A stretch of 64,000 nt of DNA from IMG/VR virus record IMGVR_UViG_3300028837_003734, positions 12,070-76,069 of that record; one strand, written 5' to 3'. Shown here piece after piece: positions 57,887-64,000 of this stretch. The position numbers were made by a program, and so were the translations under genes. Below the pieces are notes generated by a model. That model was not told the DNA's origin and searched no databases. It worked only from the letters and a program-made list of their open reading frames with translations. The DNA comes from a virus. The stretch's first letter is position 1. The number at the start of each line of letters is the position of its first letter.

Positions 57887-59299
57887 ATGAAGAAATATTT
57901 ATTACTATTAATCATAATTCTGATATTAATATTTAGTGCTAAATGTTTTGTTAATGCTTGGGATGTTAGCAAGGCGGTTTATGGTGGTAAATTTATAGAT
58001 GTTTCTCCGCAAGATACTTATCCCTATGCAGTTACGTTTAGCATAGATGGATCTAAAATGTATGTGCATGGGACGTATAACGAAAGGGTTTTCCAGTATG
58101 ATTTATCTACTCCCTGGGATGTTTCTACAGCGGTTTACTCCGGGAAATATCTAAAGACAACCGGACAGGATAGTGCAATGAGAACGATCATGTTTAAACC
58201 GGATGGTACAAAATTCTATTCGTGGGGATCCAATGCTTTTAGGTTATTTCAGTATAATGTAGTTACTCCCTGGGATATTAGTACCGGAGTTTACGAAAAG
58301 GAATCTCCTTCGTTCTTTGTGCCCGCTGTTGGTATAAATGGATGTATAATTTCAGTGGACGGAAACAATTTATATTTAAGCTTTTATAGCGATGATAAGA
58401 TACACCAATATAGCCTTCCTACTCCCTGGGATGTTGAGGTTACGAATGATACCGGAAAGTATGTAGATGTATTAAGCGAAGATAATAGGGTAAACAATGT
58501 AAAATTTAAACCGGACGGGACTAAAATGTATCTTATAGGTGAGGAAAATAGTACTGTATATCAATACGGTCTTTCTACTCCCTGGGATGCTAATACAGCG
58601 GTTTATGAAGGCAAATTTAAATGCGTTATTCCGGAGGAAACAACTCCAAAAGATCTTGCTTTTAAAGAGGATGGTACCGCTTTATATATTATCGGTCTAA
58701 ATGCTGATAAAGTATTTCAATATACCCTACTTCCACACACATCACAATACCCACCAGCACAGTCGGATACTTATGTGAAGGCGACTACAAGATATGATGA
58801 GTTCAATTATTTGGCACACTTTGCTACTGACCCTGCAAAATCATTAACTGGAACGGCGGCTGGCAATGTTTGGGTGGCAGCAGAGGGGGTTAGAACTAAC
58901 CAACGGTTTCACATAGATTTAGGTTCTGCAAAAGTAATAAGAAGGATATATTATGAGAATTACCATAATAACGGTGGGGCTACAAACCAGGGGGTTCAGA
59001 ATTTCACCTTTTGGGGAAGTAATACAGCAGGTTCTTTTGCTGAATTAACTTATGCCACCGATACTGGTTGGACAGAATTAACTGTTGCCCAAAACATTTT
59101 AGACCAGCATATTGCAGCAGACCAAGCTGACCCTAAATACATAACTGTTACTAATGAAACCTCCTATAAATATTATGCTTTTAAGTTTGCAGATGATTAC
59201 GGTAGTGTGGGAAGTGTGGGTATCAGAAGAATAGAGTTGCAGACAGAGGATGCACCGCCTTCGGCAGTTAATGTAATATTTTTTTCGACCCCTTATTAA
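57887..59299 (+). CDS. Signal-peptide protein with STPWD beta-propeller repeats and discoidin/F5-8-like domain
   Basis: MKKYLLLLIII start; FKPDGTKMY...QY.LSTPWD repeats; HIDLGSAKVIRRI. Confidence 0.75.
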   Translation: MKKYLLLLIIILILIFSAKCFVNAWDVSKAVYGGKFIDVSPQDTYPYAVTFSIDGSKMYVHGTYNERVFQYDLSTPWDVSTAVYSGKYLKTTGQDSAMRTIMFKPDGTKFYSWGSNAFRLFQYNVVTPWDISTGVYEKESPSFFVPAVGINGCIISVDGNNLYLSFYSDDKIHQYSLPTPWDVEVTNDTGKYVDVLSEDNRVNNVKFKPDGTKMYLIGEENSTVYQYGLSTPWDANTAVYEGKFKCVIPEETTPKDLAFKEDGTALYIIGLNADKVFQYTLLPHTSQYPPAQSDTYVKATTRYDEFNYLAHFATDPAKSLTGTAAGNVWVAAEGVRTNQRFHIDLGSAKVIRRIYYENYHNNGGATNQGVQNFTFWGSNTAGSFAELTYATDTGWTELTVAQNILDQHIAADQADPKYITVTNETSYKYYAFKFADDYGSVGSVGIRRIELQTEDAPPSAVNVIFFSTPY

Positions 59300-59311
59300 G
59301 GAGGTGGAATT

Positions 59312-60115
59312 ATGGTTATTATAATAATTGTGGTGATAGGAATTATAGTGGCTGTCCTTTATAAAAAATATTCGACACCCAAACCATCGCCGTATCCACC
59401 AGTACCTGTGCCAGACCCTGACCCACATTATTGGAAGTGGCAACTGGTTGATAAAACTACTGAGAGATGGAAGAATTATTGCGATTATATGAAGAAGATA
59501 ACTTCAGATACTTTGATGGCTTTAGAATTACAAAAGAAAGTTTTGATTGATGGCAAGTGGAAGAAATTTTACAAATGGGTTTCAGATTGGGACTTATTCC
59601 ATAAGCTTGATTATTGGGATTTACCTGACGAGGTATGGAAAAGAGGGACTTGTGATTGTGATGGATTTGCTCGGTTAGTTTGTGATGTATTAGGTAGATT
59701 TGTAATGAAGGTTTTAAAACTAATTACAGAAGTCCATTGGTTAGAATATTATGGATTTTATCGAAAATATACTTATAATTCAGACACGGGAGAATTCAGC
59801 TATAAAATTGTGGCAGGCGGACATGCCATTTGTGCTTATAGAAAGGAAGGTGTTTTATTAGCCTTTTCCAATACATCTTGGTGGAATAATTTGAATTTTA
59901 AAGATTATATTGAGATTGGCGAGCAGACTTTTCCCGAAGGATTATATTTGGTGATAAGTAGACATTGGGAAACTGGTAAAATGGAGTGGATATTAAAGGC
60001 AAAACAGGGGGAAATCATTGAAGGAACAAACATATTCCATAGAAAATTAAAATTAATGAGAAATCTAAAACCGTTAAAAAGAGGAGAAAGAAAAAGAATT
60101 AAGGGGATGATGTAA
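59312..60115 (+). CDS. Membrane-anchored transglutaminase-like cysteine peptidase
   Basis: TM helix, Pro-rich linker, DYW.LP.E...GTCDCDGFA, GHA. Confidence 0.7.
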   Translation: MVIIIIVVIGIIVAVLYKKYSTPKPSPYPPVPVPDPDPHYWKWQLVDKTTERWKNYCDYMKKITSDTLMALELQKKVLIDGKWKKFYKWVSDWDLFHKLDYWDLPDEVWKRGTCDCDGFARLVCDVLGRFVMKVLKLITEVHWLEYYGFYRKYTYNSDTGEFSYKIVAGGHAICAYRKEGVLLAFSNTSWWNNLNFKDYIEIGEQTFPEGLYLVISRHWETGKMEWILKAKQGEIIEGTNIFHRKLKLMRNLKPLKRGERKRIKGMM

Positions 60116-60513
60116 TGAATCCAATAGATTTAGGTAAAGCAATAGCTGAGCATGGAATACCAATTATAACAGCAGTAATGTTAATTTTGGTAGTAGGTCT
60201 GGTGTGGTATTTAATAAAACGACAGTCGAAACGAGAAGAAAAATTTGACATCGAAAGAGTAAAAAGAGAAGAAAGACATGATAAACAACAAGACGAGGAT
60301 AGGAAATTCAACCGGAACATAATTGCCAATGAATTGAAAGGATTGCACGAAATAAGTCTCAAAAACACGGAATTAAATATCCAAGGAATCGGACTACAGA
60401 AAGAAATGATGAAGGATTTTAAAGATCATAATGGACATGCAGAAAAGTTTTCGAAGGAAATAATTAAATCAATCGATCTTGTATGTAATAAATTAAATAA
60501 TAAGGATAAGTAA
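60115..60513 (+). CDS. Holin-like protein
   Basis: N-terminal TM helix + coiled-coil upstream of the endolysin. Confidence 0.6.
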   Translation: MNPIDLGKAIAEHGIPIITAVMLILVVGLVWYLIKRQSKREEKFDIERVKREERHDKQQDEDRKFNRNIIANELKGLHEISLKNTELNIQGIGLQKEMMKDFKDHNGHAEKFSKEIIKSIDLVCNKLNNKDK

Positions 60514-60797
60514 ATAATGATTGATGATTTATGAATTAAGATTTCTTCTTAGTTTATTTTTGCGTTATTGGCTTGGGTATAGGTATTGATGCAAGATATT
60601 ACTCTAAGCATTTCAAAGGAGATAGAGTTGGCAGAAAAAATAAATCCTGAAAATGGAAATATTATTATTGTTTTAACTTCAGAAGAATATGAGACTCTTC
60701 GAAAAGGATGTATCGACCTTTTAGAGTACTATGAATTGAGTAAGTCTAGAGCTTCCAAAGTTAAGAACATTTTAGATAAACTTGAAGGAGCAAAGAA

Positions 60798-61325
60798 ATG
60801 AATGCTAGACAATATCTCTGGTGTATTCGCACTCTACGTCAAGCGTACAAAAGTAAAGAAATTACGAACCTCCCGGCATCAGCAGTTGCTGCTCAAGCGA
60901 GGTTAGAATCGGGATTTGGTCAAAGTGAACCAATAGATGTAATTACCGGAAAAAGGTCTTATAATTTATTTGGTGTAAAAGCTATCGTTAAGAACGGGAT
61001 ATTAATTGCTGGAGGTAACAATGGTTGCGTTCAATCCTACACACATGAAGAAATTAATGGCAAAGATGAACTAAAGTTATTATATTTTAGAGCATATTAT
61101 TCTCATAAGGACAGTTTTACAGACCATGCAAGAATATTATCTATTTCAAAGGATGATAATGGTGAGCAAAGATATCGGAAGTCTTTTGATTATTTAGACG
61201 ATGCCGAACAATTTATAACAGAAGTGTGGAAAGCAGGATATGCATCGGATTCGAAATATCTCGAAAAAATTATTCCCATAATCAGACAATTTAACCGAAT
61301 TCCCGTTTGGGTTTTAAAACTCTAA
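60798..61325 (+). CDS. Endolysin, GH73 glucosaminidase/muramidase
   Basis: AAQARLESGFG, YNLFGVKA, FRAY, GYASDSKY. Confidence 0.9.
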   Translation: MNARQYLWCIRTLRQAYKSKEITNLPASAVAAQARLESGFGQSEPIDVITGKRSYNLFGVKAIVKNGILIAGGNNGCVQSYTHEEINGKDELKLLYFRAYYSHKDSFTDHARILSISKDDNGEQRYRKSFDYLDDAEQFITEVWKAGYASDSKYLEKIIPIIRQFNRIPVWVLKL

Positions 61326-61340
61326 AGGAGGTAAATAAAA

Positions 61341-61421
61341 ATGATTTTTAGTTGGCTTATCGGGGGAGGCTTACTTGCGGCGTTAATTATGTGGTGGTTA
61401 AGTTTATTTCAATATTTCTAA
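61341..61421 (+). CDS. 26-aa membrane peptide
   Basis: SD AGGAGGT; MIFSWLIGGGLLAALIMWWLSLFQYF. Confidence 0.6.
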   Translation: MIFSWLIGGGLLAALIMWWLSLFQYF

Positions 61422-61439
61422 AACAAGGGGGTAGTTAAA

Positions 61440-61520
61440 ATGATAGAATTAGCCTGGTATTGGTGGGCAGGCATTATTGCTGCAATTAGTTTTTTAGTGT
61501 ATTATTTTTGGATTAAGTAG
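61440..61520 (+). CDS. 26-aa membrane peptide
   Basis: SD AGGGGGT; MIELAWYWWAGIIAAISFLVYYFWIK. Confidence 0.6.
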   Translation: MIELAWYWWAGIIAAISFLVYYFWIK

Positions 61521-61541
61521 AATCAAAAAAGAAAGGAGGTT

Positions 61542-61823
61542 TTGATAATGGTTGTTATGAAAGAATCGGGTATGGAAGTTTTTCCGGGCTTTACAATAAA
61601 ATGGGAATGGATCGACGGTATTCTTTGCGGAATAATTGAAAAAGGAGAAGCCGGAATTAACGACTTGGCAGAGAAGGGTGTAAATAAACTGGATGATAGT
61701 CTTCAGGCACTTGTAGATAATAATGCACTTCAATTTGATAATGTTGGGAAAGACAAAATCGATAAAGCGTTTACTTTGGCAATGGTGAAGAGACACATGC
61801 CGGAGCTACTGCCGAGCCCTTAA
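61542..61823 (+). CDS. Hypothetical protein
   Basis: SD AGGAGGT. Confidence 0.6.
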   Translation: MIMVVMKESGMEVFPGFTIKWEWIDGILCGIIEKGEAGINDLAEKGVNKLDDSLQALVDNNALQFDNVGKDKIDKAFTLAMVKRHMPELLPSP

Positions 61824-61915
61824 AGAAGGGCAAGTTTGAATATAGCGTGCCTAAGAAGAAGAGACAAAAGGATTTTGGCCATACATTTTAAAGTTTCTTC
61901 ATCTAAATATCTCCG

Positions 61916-61954
61916 AAAGCTACCGGGATTTAAGTATCCTGGTAGCTTTTTTTT
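61916..61954 (+). terminator. Rho-independent terminator ending the late operon
   Basis: AGCTACCGGGAT/ATCCTGGTAGCT followed by a T-run. Confidence 0.85.
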
Positions 61955-62272
61955 ATTATTCTGCTAAAAAATCAAGGATCCTCTGGATATTTCATCTTAA
62001 ATAAAGCCGATTTTCGGGGTCATTTTCGGCGAAAATCAACGTAAAGCTTTGTTTATAAGGGTTTCAGCGTTTTTTGCCGACGCACCAGAACGCTCCCTGT
62101 GCGATTATTCGGAAAGGGCTGGTATCATTGGCTATGTATAGGCAAAAGAGGGGGCTTAAAAGCGAAATTTGAAGGCCTAAATTTTCCCGAACTGCTTAAA
62201 TAAGAGAAAATTAACGAAATGATAAAATATTTGGAGAATATTGAAAAATATGGGTTTTTTTTCAAAAAAGAC

Positions 62273-62302
62273 TTGACAGATGACTATGCAAACGCTTATA
62301 AT
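62273..62302 (+). promoter_or_regulatory. Strong sigma70-like early promoter
   Basis: TTGACA-N18-TATAAT with AT-rich upstream tract. Confidence 0.75.
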
Positions 62303-62341
62303 GTAATTGGAAGGATAGAGAAATAAGGAGGTAAAAAGAAG

Positions 62342-62569
62342 ATGAGCTTTCGATATGAATTATATCCCCTCGATAAAGGAGAGAAAAAGATGACTAGGAA
62401 AAAAAGAATTGAAGAAATTACTATTCCGGACGACTTATTCTTTTGCATTAATGAGGCGCTTGAGGAGCATCTTAACAAAAATTTAATGGGGAAAGATTTA
62501 AAAAAAGTAGAGATTAAACCGGGCAAAGATTTTAATAGCTACAAGATGAAATTTTATTACTCCGGATAA
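62342..62569 (+). CDS. Early hypothetical protein
   Basis: SD AGGAGGT. Confidence 0.6.
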   Translation: MSFRYELYPLDKGEKKMTRKKRIEEITIPDDLFFCINEALEEHLNKNLMGKDLKKVEIKPGKDFNSYKMKFYYSG

Positions 62570-62586
62570 TCTAAGGAGGAACATCA

Positions 62587-62895
62587 ATGCAAGTTAAAAT
62601 GAGTTCTTTAAATAAACTGATAGATAAGAAAGACTTAGAAAATTTTACCAGAAGACTATATCTATATAGACAGAAGGACAGGAAATTAAAAAACGGAAAT
62701 GGAGGAATCCCAGAAATGACTAAAATAACTAAAGAGGACTTTGAGGCCTATGCCAGGATACAGAGAAGTGGTGCTATCGACATGTCAGACATAACCCTGG
62801 TATCAAAGCTCTCGGGATTAAGCAAGGACAAGGTTCGCAATATCAGGGGCAGATACCGGGAGGTGAGCAGACGGTTCAAATTTATAAGAGACTGA
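62587..62895 (+). CDS. Early hypothetical protein
   Basis: ITKEDFEAY..IQRSG..DM motif. Confidence 0.6.
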   Translation: MQVKMSSLNKLIDKKDLENFTRRLYLYRQKDRKLKNGNGGIPEMTKITKEDFEAYARIQRSGAIDMSDITLVSKLSGLSKDKVRNIRGRYREVSRRFKFIRD

Positions 62896-62896
62896 A

Positions 62897-62959
62897 TCGA
62901 AACCCGGGGCAACCCGGGTCTACGGATGTTAGCCGAACCGTACTGATGAGAATGGCTGG
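62897..62959 (+). ncRNA. Hammerhead ribozyme, type II
   Basis: GAAA, stem III ACCCGGG-GCAA-CCCGGGT, GTC cleavage triplet (C62920), stem I TACGG/CCGTA, core CTGATGA, pseudoknot TAGCC/GGCTG. Confidence 0.92.
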
Positions 62960-62977
62960 ATAAAGGAGGATTTAGAA

Positions 62978-63244
62978 ATGAAAAAGATGACTTCAGAAGA
63001 GCTTCAAAAAGAAACTGAAAATTTTTTAAATTGCTTTTGTAATGGGAAAAATGAAGATAAATTCATAGAGCTGATGAGCCAGAGCCACAGGACTTTACAA
63101 CAGAGCTACACAGGGTTCGTCTTGAAATGGATAAAAAAGATGGCAGACAGCCAATACTTTGATGGGAGAAATGAACAAAGCGTTATGAAATGCAGAAAGA
63201 TAATGGAAGCAATAGATGATGAAATCTTTTTACCGCTAATATAA
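62978..63244 (+). CDS. Early hypothetical protein (HRTLQQS...DGRNE.S)
   Basis: SD AGGAGG; recognisable phage motif. Confidence 0.7.
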   Translation: MKKMTSEELQKETENFLNCFCNGKNEDKFIELMSQSHRTLQQSYTGFVLKWIKKMADSQYFDGRNEQSVMKCRKIMEAIDDEIFLPLI

Positions 63245-63290
63245 GAGCAGGCATTTTGCCTGCTAGTGTGAAAATAAAGGAGGATTTAAT

Positions 63291-63551
63291 ATGACAAATG
63301 AGGTTTTAGAAAACAAGGACAGAAGAATAGCCCGGAAAATAAAAAAATTATTAGACGATGCCAGGCAAACACTCAAAGAAAATAAGGATTGTAAAGAGGT
63401 AGACGTAGCGAACGCAAAATACAACTATTATTTAGAAGGATTAAAAGATGCTTACGGATTAGATAAGACCAGAAGATTGGTAGACTTATCTTTTACCTTA
63501 GACGAAGGAAAGACTCCGGGATTCAAATTTGAAGGAGGGTATACAAAATGA
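63291..63551 (+). CDS. Early hypothetical protein
   Basis: SD AGGAGG. Confidence 0.6.
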   Translation: MTNEVLENKDRRIARKIKKLLDDARQTLKENKDCKEVDVANAKYNYYLEGLKDAYGLDKTRRLVDLSFTLDEGKTPGFKFEGGYTK

Positions 63552-63862
63552 CCAATTATCCCAGAAGAAAAAATGACGGCACGAAGAGCATAACCTTGAG
63601 GAAAGAGTTTTGGAACGAATTTAAAGGTGAAATAGAAAAGAAGGTTAGTGATTTACACGGAACACACTGTTATTATTCAGGTTATGCTTGCGGACTATTC
63701 AGGTCTAAAAGAATAACTGAAGAGCGATATACAGAAATGGTGAAGCATTTAAATGATGCAATAGTTTGTGAAGAAGCCAAACGAAAGAGGGAACCTATCC
63801 AAATTATAAAAGGAGGCCAATTAAAAAATGAAAAGAAAAGTTACAAAAGTAAAACTATCTAG
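63548..63862 (+). CDS. Early hypothetical protein
   Basis: Coupled ORF. Confidence 0.6.
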   Translation: MTNYPRRKNDGTKSITLRKEFWNEFKGEIEKKVSDLHGTHCYYSGYACGLFRSKRITEERYTEMVKHLNDAIVCEEAKRKREPIQIIKGGQLKNEKKSYKSKTI

Positions 63863-64000
63863 TGTCACGTCACATTTCATACGTCGGATAGAGTCGTTTT
63901 AGTTTTATCCGAGCTTTATTTGTTGTAAATTGCCAATTGATTTTTGCATTCAGGTTATTCCGATGATTCTGCCACGCATCAGTCTCTCTTCTGATTACTG
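63860..64000 (-). mobile_element. IS630-family element, end with transposase C-terminus
   Basis: Minus strand 63998-63870 reads AWQNHRNNLNAKINWQFTTNKARIKLKRLYPTYEM*; element ends at TA within CTAG. Confidence 0.85.

Noticed and set aside
1-64000. Stop-codon reassignment suggested by the in-frame TAG in the C5 MTase
   Set aside because: Long genes are intact under code 11 and TAG ends many genes normally

Overview
This window is most of a tailed-phage (siphovirus-type) genome or prophage from a bacterial host, judged by sigma70-like promoters, strong Shine-Dalgarno sites and a GH73 endolysin. Almost all genes are on the + strand. Order: replication (initiator with iterons, helicase loader, DnaB), small accessory genes, a DNA-modification block (PAPS-reductase-like gene plus five methyltransferases, one broken), terminase/portal/MuF, two very large head-module polyproteins (MBL-fold+DNA ligase; Dam-like MTase+XkdF protease), capsid, tail, lysis, early genes, and an IS630 end at the right edge. 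The most notable signal is at 7.67-9.90 kb. A 310-aa RuvC-like + Nop-domain gene (IS110-related but lacking the catalytic Ser loop) is flanked by about 16 stem-loop units of the form stem-CTA-N9-TG-loop-CTA-N9-TG-stem. This fits a TIGR-Tas-like RNA-guided system; its scaffolds cycle in a fixed order and the first RuvC Asp appears to be missing. A second candidate RNP system at 16.58-18.99 kb has three covarying hairpins, then a TROVE/ROT-like+TerD protein gene, then a ~220-nt structured RNA. Also present: a hammerhead ribozyme, a duplicated structured leader motif, a tRNA-like RNA and a ~1-kb array of 42-bp palindromes. Family assignments come from motif recognition by eye; no database searches were run.
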